A stretch of DNA of 63,237 nt from Bradymonadales bacterium (lineage in GTDB: Bacteria > Myxococcota_A > Bradymonadia > UBA4248), in the NCBI GenBank assembly GCA_041656175.1, contig JBBAEA010000003.1, positions 1 to 63,237 on the forward strand, in the 5' to 3' direction. This document shows, one piece after another, positions 1 to 9,732 of this stretch (positions are counted from its first letter, which is position 1; each line of letters opens with the position of its first letter). The notes beneath the pieces are model-generated. The model was given only the letters and a program-made list of their open reading frames with translations, searched no databases and was not told the origin of the DNA. Made by a program: the position numbers and the translations under genes.

Positions 1-38
1 AATCTATCTTCTATCGTAAAGTGACTGTAAGACTGCAT
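1..38 (-). CDS. 5' end of an unidentified CDS running off the left edge (MQSYSHFTIEDR...)
   Basis: Minus-strand ATG at 36-38 with GGAGGG at 42-47. Only 12 codons lie in the window, so no family call is possible. Confidence 0.3.
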   Translation of the reverse strand, partial: MQSYSHFTIEDR

Positions 39-196
39 GAACCCTCCTGAGTGTGAGTCTTTTGCAAAACAATCATACAACAGAAAGTTCGTGCAGTCCC
101 CTGTTGCACTCGTAATGAAGATCTACCCTTCCCCCAGCAAAACAAAAACTTAAAAACCGCCAAATATACGACTTTACGGTTCAGAGTTTCCTTAGC

Positions 197-225
197 TTGA
201 ATTTGGGCTTAACAACTGCTAAATT
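197..225 (+). promoter_or_regulatory. sigma70-like promoter candidate for the first amylase gene
   Basis: TTGAAT (197-202), a 17-nt spacer, then TAAATT (220-225). An SD GAGGAGGAAG lies just before the ATG at 262. Confidence 0.35.
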
Positions 226-261
226 TTTGCGGGGGAGATTGCTATTGGTGAGGAGGAAGAG

Positions 262-2730
262 ATGAAGCGTGTAAAGTACTGGCACATAGTTTGGGCGTTT
301 TTAGTTTTTCTCGGTATAAACGCTTGTGATGAGGGGGCAAGTAAGCCGCTTTGTAGCTTAGATTGTGGCCACGGAAAGTGTGTTATCAGCACGACGGGTT
401 CTAACAGATGCGTTTGCGATATTGGCTACGCGCAAGATCTCTTTGGTAAGTGCACGGATTGTGACATCGGCTACAACGATGTAGCAGGCGAGTGCGTAAA
501 AGACCCTTGTACGAACTTTTGTACTGGAGAGCATGAGGTCTGTAGCCTAGTAGATAACGTTGCGCGTTGTGATTGCGCCGAAGCCTACGAACGCGTTGGA
601 GCGGACTGTAAGTTCAGGGACGATTGCAAAGTCGAGTTCGTGTTTAATAATACTGGCGCTATAGGTTTTAAGGTATACGTCACTGGAAGTTTCGATAACT
701 GGAGTAAAACCACCCACGAGCTCCAAGACCAAGGCGGTGGCAAGTTCAAGACTACTATCGCACTTGAACGGGGTGAGTACGAGTATAAGTTCTTCATCGA
801 TGGCTGGAATGATGCTTGGCAAAACGATCCCGAACGTCCTATACAAGGTAACGACAACAACAGCGTTGTGCGCGTTGGCGCTTGTGGCGAAGAAAAAGAT
901 GATCCTGTCGTGGACGAAGAAGCGCCGCAGTTAAAGCTGATAGCGCCACCTATCGTTAGTTCGGGGAATGTCGAATTTACAGTGCAATACATCGATGGCA
1001 AAGACGGTGCTGGCATCGACGGCGAGCCAACAGCACTGTTAGAGGAAAAGAGCGTAAACGCGAACTTTGACGCTTCAGGCTTGACGCTTCAGGTTAGCGA
1101 CACTGGCAAAAATCAAGGAAAGTACGCATATTTTATAGATGCCAAGTCAAAGAATGGTAAGACGGCAAAGCTCTTTGTTCCTGTATGGGTAGAGGCGAAG
1201 CCTTTTGATTGGCGCGACGGCGTTTTGTACTTTGCCTTTATCGATCGTTTCTTAAATGGGGATACGAGTAACGATGAGCCCAAGACCGATGCCACCGTGG
1301 AAGGAACATGCGACGCGCGCTGGATGGGTGGCGACTTTGCAGGCTTAAAACAAAAAGTGGAAGACGGCTATTTCGAATCTTTGGGCGTTAACACGTTGTG
1401 GATTTCATCGGTAAGCATGAACGGCCAAACAGTGGGAAGGGGTACAGATGGCAAAACGTATTCCGCTTACCACTCGTATTGGCCTGTAGCCACGGGTTGG
1501 ACTTATGAGAATGAGAGCTTGTTTAGCTCCGCAACAAGCGCAGGTTTGCCTATACGCGCCATAGAGCCACACTTTGGTACGATGGAAGAGTTTAAGGCTC
1601 TTGTTGGCGCGTGTCACCAACGCGGAATGCGCGTACTTGTTGACTTTGCCGCTAACCATGTTCACGAAGATAGCCCGCTATACAAGGAGCACCGCGATTG
1701 GTTTAACACCGAGCCTGTACATATTTGTAATGGCGATAACGGGGCAAACTGGAATAAATATCCATTAACTTGTTGGTTTGCCGAGAACTTGCCCGATTTT
1801 AACTACGAGAAAGCTGAAGTGCGCAAAGCGATGGTTGATCACGCTAAGTGGCTTATTCAAGAGAGCAATATCGATGGGTTCCGCGTGGACGCTGTGAAGC
1901 ATATGACGAAACAATTCGTCATAGACCTGCGTCGCGGCATTGATGCAATGTTCGAGAACACGGGTATAACTTTTTATATGGTTGGCGAAACATTCGAATT
2001 TGGAGCCGACGCGCTAAAAGAATACATCGGCAAAGATTTGTTACACGGACAATTTGATTTCGGTTTTTATGGTCAGATTAAAGACAATATATTGTCGCCG
2101 CATGGTAGCTACGAAAAAGTTAAAAACTTCACAGAACATAACGACCACACCTATAATGATGTCAATGGTATCAAGGCGATAATGGGCACTTTTATAGGAA
2201 ACCACGACGTCGCGCGTGCTATTTCTGTAGCTAACGAAAACGGGAGCGAAAACTGGGGCCAAAATCCAGATGTTAATGACTGGCAGCCGCACCTTCGACT
2301 CAAACTCGCCTGGACCGTGCTCTTAACTAGCCCTGGAGTTCCGCTCTTTTACTACGGCGATGAGTTTGGTTTAGAGGGCGCGGGTGATCCCGATAATCGC
2401 CGTATGATGAAGTTCGATGGCTTAAGAGAGCAACAGGAAATAACCTTCAACTTCGTCAAACAATTGGGCAAAATTCGTGAGGAAAACCCTGTACTTTCGC
2501 GCGGAAACCGCCAAAATATCGCCGCTAATAACGATGCGTGGATATACAAAATGGTCGATGATAGCGCGAGTATTTGGGTTGGAGTTAGCAAAAGTAATAA
2601 CACTGGATTCGACGTACAAGGACCACAAAACGGCTGGGTAGATCTACTCAACAATAATGCTGATATCGGCCACACAAATCGTATACAGTTTACAGATGGC
2701 TTCCAAATATTTATTTGGAAGGAGAAATAA
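262..2730 (+). CDS. GH13 alpha-amylase-family lipoprotein with N-terminal EGF-like Cys-rich repeats and an AMPK1/CBM48-like glycogen-binding module
   Basis: Lipobox LGINAC. The Cys pattern CxxxCxxGxC is repeated four times. The CBM-like segment is FKVYVTGSFDNWS...YEYKFFIDG. GH13 regions seen: VLVDFAANHV, GFRVDAVKHM, MVGETF, FIGNHDVAR. Confidence 0.9.
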   Translation: MKRVKYWHIVWAFLVFLGINACDEGASKPLCSLDCGHGKCVISTTGSNRCVCDIGYAQDLFGKCTDCDIGYNDVAGECVKDPCTNFCTGEHEVCSLVDNVARCDCAEAYERVGADCKFRDDCKVEFVFNNTGAIGFKVYVTGSFDNWSKTTHELQDQGGGKFKTTIALERGEYEYKFFIDGWNDAWQNDPERPIQGNDNNSVVRVGACGEEKDDPVVDEEAPQLKLIAPPIVSSGNVEFTVQYIDGKDGAGIDGEPTALLEEKSVNANFDASGLTLQVSDTGKNQGKYAYFIDAKSKNGKTAKLFVPVWVEAKPFDWRDGVLYFAFIDRFLNGDTSNDEPKTDATVEGTCDARWMGGDFAGLKQKVEDGYFESLGVNTLWISSVSMNGQTVGRGTDGKTYSAYHSYWPVATGWTYENESLFSSATSAGLPIRAIEPHFGTMEEFKALVGACHQRGMRVLVDFAANHVHEDSPLYKEHRDWFNTEPVHICNGDNGANWNKYPLTCWFAENLPDFNYEKAEVRKAMVDHAKWLIQESNIDGFRVDAVKHMTKQFVIDLRRGIDAMFENTGITFYMVGETFEFGADALKEYIGKDLLHGQFDFGFYGQIKDNILSPHGSYEKVKNFTEHNDHTYNDVNGIKAIMGTFIGNHDVARAISVANENGSENWGQNPDVNDWQPHLRLKLAWTVLLTSPGVPLFYYGDEFGLEGAGDPDNRRMMKFDGLREQQEITFNFVKQLGKIREENPVLSRGNRQNIAANNDAWIYKMVDDSASIWVGVSKSNNTGFDVQGPQNGWVDLLNNNADIGHTNRIQFTDGFQIFIWKEK

Positions 2731-2830
2731 TAACAACACGCTTGAATGCGGCTTAAATATGTATGAACTCAAAGAAACGAGTTTTGATCTAGCTTATGAA
2801 TGGTGGCGGTATGTCGTTTTAGTAAAACTA

Positions 2831-2950
2831 AAAACGGAGCCAGGGCGTTGCGGGGCCGGCGATTGAGGCCCCGCTGAGGGGGGTAGCCTGAGACCCGAGC
2901 GTCAGCGAGGGGCTTAGGCGAGGGGGGATACTTCCCCCCACAAAAAAAGA
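2831..2950 (+). repeat. Family-B intergenic tri-hairpin repeat (divergent copy)
   Basis: Shares the frame aaaaacg..gggcgttgcgggg..ccccgctgaggggggtag..gggggatacttccccccacaaaaa with 51703-51823 and 60760-60881. Confidence 0.7.
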
Positions 2951-2990
2951 CCTGGTATGATGCGAATGACGCGTATGGATGGGAGGAGAG

Positions 2991-5453
2991 ATGAGATTGC
3001 AATTAAATCGCAGCGGCTTGGGCGCATTAGTCTTAGTATTGGCGCTTTTGGGCTTCGTGGGCGCGTGCGACGAGGGTGGGGCGCGCATGTACAAGACGTC
3101 CGCCATCGCGCCGAGTTACCAGAGCTGGGCGGCAGAGAAATACATGGATATCTTGGGCGCGAGCGTCGTAGATAAAGGTGTGAACTTTGCAGTTTATTCG
3201 GAAAATGCAACGAGGATCGAATTATTGCTTTTTAGCGATCCCGAAGCGGCGCGTCCGCGGATGCGTATCCCGATGACGAAGGCGAAGTCCAATGTGTGGA
3301 CGGCTTATGTCGAGGGTTTGGGCGTGGGGCAACACTATGGCTATATTGCGTGGGGTCCGAACTGGCCCTATACCGAAGAATTTTACCCTGGCTCAACCAT
3401 GGGCTACATCACAGACTGCGATGAGCATGGGAACCGCTTTAATCCGAATAAGCTGCTGATTGATCCGTATACGCTGCGGATACACCGCGATTTTGACTGG
3501 TCGAAGGGCAACCCCGCAAGTGGGAGCGCGCGACACGTTTCGTCTTGGGGAGCGGCGGCTAAGAGCGTGGTTATTCGCAGCGAGTACCAGTGGAGTGAGA
3601 ATGAGAGGCGTTGGCGCGAGATGCGGATGCGCGGGGATGCGGGGAGCCAGAAGCAGAGCGATTTAATTGTGTATGAAGTACATGCTAAGGGCTTTACGGC
3701 GGGTTCTGATTCGAAGGTGAGTGTGCCAGGGACTTTTAAAGGCGTCGGCGATAAAGCGAAGTATTTAAAGGAGTTGGGAATTACAGCGGTAGAGCTTTTG
3801 CCGATTATGGAAAAAACCGATGACGGGACATATTGGGGATACAATACGCTTGCGTTTTTTGTGCCCGAGCAACGATACGCGGATCCCAATAATAAAAAAC
3901 TCAATGCCGTGATGGATGAGTTTAAGGCGATGGTAGACGCGCTACACGCCGAGGGCATTGAAGTGATTTTGGACATTGTTTACAACCACACGGGGGAAGG
4001 TGGATTTTGGCGAAGTAAACTAAAAAAGTATAATACCAGTTTTTCTTATGGTTGGGATGAACACTTTGATGATGTGACTTCAGCCTCGATATTTAGTTTT
4101 AGAGGGCTAGATAACGCAGCGTACTACGAGCTAGGAAGCGATACAAGCCCTGAGCTGGGTAAATGCGCATACCGAGACGACACGGGGGTAGGAAACCAAG
4201 TGCGTACCAATCATGTGCCCTTTAGACGCTTAATTTTAGATAACCTGCGCTTTTGGGTTGAGGAGATGCACGTGGACGGTTTCCGTTTTGACCTCGCCAC
4301 CGTTTTGGGCATGAAAGACCTAGAGCCTTGGATTTTCGATCCCGAAAACACGGTTGTACAAGATATTATCGATGCTCCTGTACTAAAGAAATACAACACG
4401 CGTTTGATCGCGGAGCCTTGGCACTTTGGCGCTTATGGCGTTGGGAAGTTCCCAAAATCTAAGACAGACGCGGAGTTTGCTTGGTTTGATTGGAACGACA
4501 AGTTCCGCAATATGTGGCGTGAGTTTATTAATGGTGATTCGCTGGCTGTTGGCCATAACGAGGGGATTTCTATTGGCGGAGCCTTAACGGGGAGTGCTGA
4601 GCTGTTTAGAGGTGGTGGACGCAAACCCTTTCATAGCGTCAACTTTATCACAGCGCACGACGGATTCACGCTCTTTGACTTGGTGAGTTACAATCAAAAG
4701 CACAACATGGGTGGGCCGCTCAATCCGATTTGCTTAAGCAATCCCGCTTCGCCCTTCTGCGACACCACAAGCGGCGATGACAATAATCGTTCGCGAAATT
4801 GGTGCCCGGGCGATGAACAAAATGGCTGCAAAGATCCGGAAGGTTACGCGGTGAAGCGCCAAATGGTGCGAAACTTCTTTGCCGCCCTGCTCTTTTCACA
4901 GGGGACGCCGATGATCTTGGGCGGCGATGAGTGGATGCGAACCCAATACGGCAACAATAACGCCTATTCCGATAGTGCCGACAACGAATTTAACTGGTTT
5001 CGCTGGGGCGATTGGGCACCCGATAACGAGCGCCAACGCATGTACGACTTCGTCAAAAACGCTATTAGCTTGCGCAAAGAACTTGCCCCTCGCTTTTCAC
5101 CCGAAAGCTACGAAGACATCGACTGGAGGGGCAGTGACGGCAATCCACCCGATTGGGGCAGTCGCCACATTATGATGTATTGGCCGCCAAAAGAGGGCTT
5201 GGCCGCCGTCGCCCTCTGCATCAACATGGAAGGCGATCCCAATAGAGTAGTTAGCTTCCAGCTCCCCGAAGTACCCGGTGGCTGGCAAGTCGCCGTCGAT
5301 ACACAATTACACTACGACTCTGGAGAAGTTATCGACGCAGTCGAAAACAAGAAAATTTCTCGCAACATTTATCCTCAAGGTGAAGCCGCGCTTGAAGAAA
5401 ACAGATACGGTTTAAAGTCTCGAACGATTGTACTTTTAAAGCAAAAACAATAG
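2991..5453 (+). CDS. glgX: Glycogen debranching enzyme / isoamylase (GlgX-TreX family, GH13), predicted lipoprotein
   Basis: GGAGGAGAG SD before the ATG at 2991. Lipobox FVGAC. N-terminal E-set segment VNFAVYSENATRIELLLF. GH13 motifs ILDIVYNHTGEG, DGFRFDLATVLG, LIAEPW, NFITAHDGFTL. Confidence 0.9.
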   Translation: MRLQLNRSGLGALVLVLALLGFVGACDEGGARMYKTSAIAPSYQSWAAEKYMDILGASVVDKGVNFAVYSENATRIELLLFSDPEAARPRMRIPMTKAKSNVWTAYVEGLGVGQHYGYIAWGPNWPYTEEFYPGSTMGYITDCDEHGNRFNPNKLLIDPYTLRIHRDFDWSKGNPASGSARHVSSWGAAAKSVVIRSEYQWSENERRWREMRMRGDAGSQKQSDLIVYEVHAKGFTAGSDSKVSVPGTFKGVGDKAKYLKELGITAVELLPIMEKTDDGTYWGYNTLAFFVPEQRYADPNNKKLNAVMDEFKAMVDALHAEGIEVILDIVYNHTGEGGFWRSKLKKYNTSFSYGWDEHFDDVTSASIFSFRGLDNAAYYELGSDTSPELGKCAYRDDTGVGNQVRTNHVPFRRLILDNLRFWVEEMHVDGFRFDLATVLGMKDLEPWIFDPENTVVQDIIDAPVLKKYNTRLIAEPWHFGAYGVGKFPKSKTDAEFAWFDWNDKFRNMWREFINGDSLAVGHNEGISIGGALTGSAELFRGGGRKPFHSVNFITAHDGFTLFDLVSYNQKHNMGGPLNPICLSNPASPFCDTTSGDDNNRSRNWCPGDEQNGCKDPEGYAVKRQMVRNFFAALLFSQGTPMILGGDEWMRTQYGNNNAYSDSADNEFNWFRWGDWAPDNERQRMYDFVKNAISLRKELAPRFSPESYEDIDWRGSDGNPPDWGSRHIMMYWPPKEGLAAVALCINMEGDPNRVVSFQLPEVPGGWQVAVDTQLHYDSGEVIDAVENKKISRNIYPQGEAALEENRYGLKSRTIVLLKQKQ

Positions 5454-5512
5454 TATTTCTAGGTCTTTGGCGACGCGTTGCGGGCCAAAATTTTTAAGCT
5501 TTTCCTCTCTGG

Positions 5513-5660
5513 TGGGGGGCTGTGCCCCCTACGCGCGGGCTTCTTCGCAAAATTCGGCAGCGAACGCAAAATGCTGTGCGGTGTATTTGCTAAGCGCGCA
5601 TCCACCGCACAGCATGCGTTCGCAGCGCCTTTTGCTCAGCGATCCCGCGCTACCCCCCAG
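5513..5660 (+). repeat. Family-A ~150-bp structured intergenic repeat
   Basis: Left end GGGGGGCTGTGCCCCCTACGCGCGGGCTTC, right end GATCCCGCGCTACCCCCCAG, and a long central hairpin. Other copies are at 20196, 22055, 33158, 38565 and 60583. Confidence 0.8.
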
Positions 5661-5752
5661 TGGCTACTTTTCCTACACGGCTATGTATGTAATGTAGCCT
5701 TTTGTTGAGCGTAATTTTGTAATATGTTTTCCTATGATAAAATGGATAAACC

Positions 5753-7303
5753 ATGATTAAATTGCGAAGATTACTAGGCTTTATACTTACTTTGCTGCTT
5801 GTAACGTCGGTTTTTGCTAGTCTTAGTTTTGCCGAGGAAGATCGTTTCAGCGCTGGCGGCTACTTTAGAGTTGCGGCTCGTCCCGATTTCCAAGGTGGCT
5901 GGTCAAAACTCGGTCTGTGGAATATTTCGGGGCGCCTGCTTAACGAGTCGCAGTGGGCGGCGCTCGAAATGCGCTTAATGCTCTTGCAAGCAAGCCCTGG
6001 GACAAAGGAGGTTTGGACCAGTGTACACGCCAAGGTCGAGGGAGGAACGGTTCGCGCTGCAGATTTGCTACACGGAAGCCTATCGGGCTTTGGGCTAACA
6101 CAGCTTTATGTTAAAACAGGTAACGTTTTAATAAAAGACGTCGTGTGGCAGCTTGGTACGCTAGAGTATTATTTTGGCGATTTAGGGCTATACGACATGA
6201 AATTTGCCGATATATTCGGCAAGACACTCGGTTTATCGGCGACGTACAGTAACGATTATATTGATTTTTTGTTTGGCTTTGGTGACGCTGGCTACTTAAT
6301 GAAGGGTTATGATAAGTATAGCACCATTTTAAGCTTCGGTACTGCATTACGTGTTCGTCCGATTTCTGGCTTTGAATTCGGTCTTGGCGGCGAGCTTTTC
6401 TATGAACCGAGTAACAAAGGCGATCGAAGTGCTTCATACCAAACGCGCTTTAAGTCAAACCAAGCTGTGACATATAGCTCATTTGTGCGCAATACCGTAG
6501 TGCAAGATTTTGCAAAATCACTCGCCGATCCCAATCAAGTTTATGATTTGTATCCAAAGCCCACGCCGCTTGATGCGCTATCGTTTAAGTTGGTGGCTTA
6601 CTTAGGTTTTGGGCAGCTGGGGGCGCTTCGCTGGAACAACTTGTTTTTTAATTTTTTGCGCAATCACCCACAATCTGTGTATGAAGAAAGCTATGGCGGG
6701 CGGATGTATAATGTTTACACGAAAGAGTGGACTGACGAGAGGTACCAGATAAACCTTGGTAATGAGATGCAACTTAGCATAGTTCCCGAGCGCTTTGATC
6801 TTACTTGGGCTGCGCTTTTTGGCTACCACTTCGACAAAGATAATTCTATTAAATCCAGTGAAACCAACCGCATGATTTGGTCGATAGTGGCAAGAGGTCA
6901 GGTATATATTACGCCAACACTGCACTTTTTACTCGAAACATCCTTTGCCCAAGAAAAGAGTCTAAACGGCAACTTGTGGAAGCGGAGTGCACGTTCTATC
7001 GACCAAAGCCGTGATGGTTTCGCAGACATAGATGGCTTAGAGTACGGTGATCTCCAATTGCGCAATACTTGGCAAGGTAAGACGGGCTTAGTCATTAATC
7101 CAGGTGGCACAGGAATCTTCGCTCGCCCCTCGCTGCGTTTACTCTATGGTGTGCAATACTCCAATATGCACAATGCATTTCCCAACAGTTATGTCGAAAC
7201 GCTAGATGAGAATAATGAATTTTTTGGCGCAGATGTACTGAGTTCTATTAAAGATAGACACTGGCACCATGTGATATCCATTGAAGCGGAGGCTTGGTTC
7301 TAA
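5753..7303 (+). CDS. Maltoporin-like (LamB-family) outer-membrane carbohydrate porin
   Basis: Signal peptide ending SLSFA-EE. Alternating beta-strand pattern. ARPSLRLLYGVQYS resembles the LamB RPExRxFATY segment. The C-terminus is aromatic (EAEAWF). The gene sits between GH13 genes. Confidence 0.6.
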   Translation: MIKLRRLLGFILTLLLVTSVFASLSFAEEDRFSAGGYFRVAARPDFQGGWSKLGLWNISGRLLNESQWAALEMRLMLLQASPGTKEVWTSVHAKVEGGTVRAADLLHGSLSGFGLTQLYVKTGNVLIKDVVWQLGTLEYYFGDLGLYDMKFADIFGKTLGLSATYSNDYIDFLFGFGDAGYLMKGYDKYSTILSFGTALRVRPISGFEFGLGGELFYEPSNKGDRSASYQTRFKSNQAVTYSSFVRNTVVQDFAKSLADPNQVYDLYPKPTPLDALSFKLVAYLGFGQLGALRWNNLFFNFLRNHPQSVYEESYGGRMYNVYTKEWTDERYQINLGNEMQLSIVPERFDLTWAALFGYHFDKDNSIKSSETNRMIWSIVARGQVYITPTLHFLLETSFAQEKSLNGNLWKRSARSIDQSRDGFADIDGLEYGDLQLRNTWQGKTGLVINPGGTGIFARPSLRLLYGVQYSNMHNAFPNSYVETLDENNEFFGADVLSSIKDRHWHHVISIEAEAWF

Positions 7304-9561
7304 TGAAAGCGTATCCCATCTATATTCTTAGTGTATTTTTAGCCTTTTTCGCCTTGTCTTGCATACAACACGGACAAGCACCGCAATATGTGAGTACGCT
7401 CAATTTTGCTGCTGCATACGTCTATGACGACATCCAAAACCAAAGTTGTTTGCCGCTTCTAGACTCGAGCATCGACACACTTCATTTAGCCTTCTCAGAG
7501 CGAAATTTAGCGGCATCAAGCATAGCGATGGCGACATACGAAGATGAATTTAGTCGCCGCCAAGATAGCGATAGGCGCTTGCAGAGCATGCGCACAATGG
7601 CGCCAAAAGCCGATGTTCGCGTATTAGTCGAATTGCGGGCGAGCTTCTACTCGCAGTTGAGTGGGCGCTATCGTTGGGATGTAAAGGCAAAGATAAGCTT
7701 GCTCGATGCGGCGGGTCAAGTTCGGCTTGGGGATGAATTTAATTTGCCCGCCGTACTCATGTTTTCGCATGAGAAGGGAGATGCGGCTATCGACTCTGTT
7801 AAAGAGGAGATCGCGCGTCGTTTGGGCAGCACACTAGATAGCTATATGCGTGGCCGCGACGCTGGGGTGACTAGCCCAGTGCAAGAATCGCCGAAAGAAA
7901 CGCAGCCCGTAGAAAGCTCGCCTCCGCATGAAACTGAGGCTCCCAGCACTGACGATGGCTCCCCCGAGGCGGGGGACCCACTCGCCAAAGCGGTCTACTT
8001 TATTATGGTAGACCGCTTTTTTAATGCGAATAAAACCAACGACAAGGACAGCAATCTTAGTGATCCCAACGCTTGGCACGGCGGGGATCTAGCGGGAGTG
8101 CGCGAACGCCTTGACTATTTAAAAGACTTGGGAATCAGCGCGATATGGCTATCACCGATATTTTTGACAGCGCAGAGCAATTTTTTTGGTCACGGCGCCT
8201 TCCACGCGTATTGGACCTACGATCTTAATAGCCTAGAGCCGCGTTTCGGTAACGAACGAGAGCTTGTAGAGCTAGCCCGTGAAGCAAAAAAGCGCGGTAT
8301 AGGCATTATTTTAGATTTTGTGGTGAACCACGTCGGTTACGGCAGCCCATGGGTAGAGGAACGTCCGCATTGGTTCCACAAACCTATCACTATCGAAAAC
8401 TGGGATGACCCTGTAGAGCTTGTTACTGGTCAAGTACACGGTCTGCCCGATCTCAATCAGTCTGAACCCGAGGTTTATGATTACCTTGAAAAAGCAGCCT
8501 TTAAGTGGCTTGAGATTCCCAATATTGTAGGCTATAGACTTGATGCGGTTAAACATGTTTCCGTCGAATTTTGGAGCAAATTAAACAATACACTTCGTGC
8601 AAAATACGAAGATATCGTTTTACTCGGTGAAATGTTCGATGGTTCGCCCTACAAAGTTACGCAGACGCAAAAGCAGGGCGCTTTTAGCCATATGTTCGAC
8701 TTTCCGCTTGCTTTTGCGCTGCGCGACGTGTTTTGTGAAGGCAAGAGCTTGGGAAACCTGGCATCGGTCATCGATAACGACAGGATCTATGAAGATCCCA
8801 ATAGCATGGTCACCTTTATCGACAACCACGATATGCCGCGGATTTCCTCCTTGTGTAAACAAGCTTCAGATGTGCAAAATGCGTTGCGCGCACTTCTCGC
8901 GCTGCGAGGATTACCGAGTATTTACTACGGCACAGAGAGCGGCTTAGTGGGAGAGAAAGAGCCAGATAATCGCGCGGATATGGATTTTGAGCATACGCCA
9001 AACTTTGCGATTATTAGGGAAGGACTGGAGTTACGAACTAAACATCCCGTTTTAGCCAATGGTAAGACGGCAGTGCTCTATTACGATGAAGGGGTTTTAA
9101 GCATTGCGCGCGAAAACACGAAAGAGCAAGCACTCGTTATCATTAACCAAACTAGTCGTGAAGTAAGCCTGAGCTTAGCGCCAGGTAAGTGGACGCAGGC
9201 TTACAGTGGTGTATCGCGAAGTGCTATGACTAAAGTAGCGCCAAAATCTGTACAAATTCTAACAAGAACAAAACTTGGCTCCTTAATAGAGAATAAAAAA
9301 CGAAAAATTAACTTTGTTGTTGATGAAAATTCGGGGGAGTTTGCCATCGTGGGTTCATCGCCAGAGTTCGGTTTGTGGAATCCAGATAATGGCATCAAGC
9401 TAAAGGCAAAGCAAAATATTAGCGTGGTCCTACCAAGCCAAAGCGTTATTTCGTACAAGCTAGTACGAAAAAAATCCGATGCTAGCTGGGAGTGGGAGCA
9501 GGGGAGCAATAGGGAGATTTTTACGAGTGCTAGCTCGAATCATTACGTGTTAAAATGGTAA
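7303..9561 (+). CDS. GH13 alpha-amylase lipoprotein with a C-terminal CBM20 starch-binding domain
   Basis: The ATG overlaps the upstream stop (TAATG). Lipobox FALSC. GH13 motifs ILDFVVNHVG, GYRLDAVKHV, LLGEMF, FIDNHDMPR. The C-terminal segment FAIVGSSPEFGLWNP...YKLV...WEWE is CBM20-like. Confidence 0.9.
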   Translation: MKAYPIYILSVFLAFFALSCIQHGQAPQYVSTLNFAAAYVYDDIQNQSCLPLLDSSIDTLHLAFSERNLAASSIAMATYEDEFSRRQDSDRRLQSMRTMAPKADVRVLVELRASFYSQLSGRYRWDVKAKISLLDAAGQVRLGDEFNLPAVLMFSHEKGDAAIDSVKEEIARRLGSTLDSYMRGRDAGVTSPVQESPKETQPVESSPPHETEAPSTDDGSPEAGDPLAKAVYFIMVDRFFNANKTNDKDSNLSDPNAWHGGDLAGVRERLDYLKDLGISAIWLSPIFLTAQSNFFGHGAFHAYWTYDLNSLEPRFGNERELVELAREAKKRGIGIILDFVVNHVGYGSPWVEERPHWFHKPITIENWDDPVELVTGQVHGLPDLNQSEPEVYDYLEKAAFKWLEIPNIVGYRLDAVKHVSVEFWSKLNNTLRAKYEDIVLLGEMFDGSPYKVTQTQKQGAFSHMFDFPLAFALRDVFCEGKSLGNLASVIDNDRIYEDPNSMVTFIDNHDMPRISSLCKQASDVQNALRALLALRGLPSIYYGTESGLVGEKEPDNRADMDFEHTPNFAIIREGLELRTKHPVLANGKTAVLYYDEGVLSIARENTKEQALVIINQTSREVSLSLAPGKWTQAYSGVSRSAMTKVAPKSVQILTRTKLGSLIENKKRKINFVVDENSGEFAIVGSSPEFGLWNPDNGIKLKAKQNISVVLPSQSVISYKLVRKKSDASWEWEQGSNREIFTSASSNHYVLKW

Positions 9562-9732
9562 GCTGTTTTTGCATTTGTAGCGCAAGCGTAGAGATTGTTT
9601 AGTGACGCAGTGCGTCGTAATTTTGTTCGTAAACGCATGCACTTGACCAATGGGGGGTAAATCTACGATAATGCTCGGCGCTGCACCTTTAAGTAGCAGC
9701 TTAATTTGCTTTGTTTCCCTTGTTGATACGGA

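Noticed and set aside
3404-3976. Long antisense ORFs within housekeeping genes (3404-3976, 15045-15593, 19611-20081, 29125-29655, 31474-32022, 61501-61782).
   Set aside because: Each lies opposite a frame with unambiguous family motifs (GlgX, BtpA, TypA, the CARDB protein, RsmB/F, RF3).
5467-5708. Short ORFs encoding ...PLRAGFFAKF... / ...APYARASS... peptides. The same occur at 20038-20371, 32955-33215 and 60549-60761.
   Set aside because: They lie entirely within family-A repeat copies. The recurring peptide is a by-product of the conserved repeat ends, and no RBS is present.
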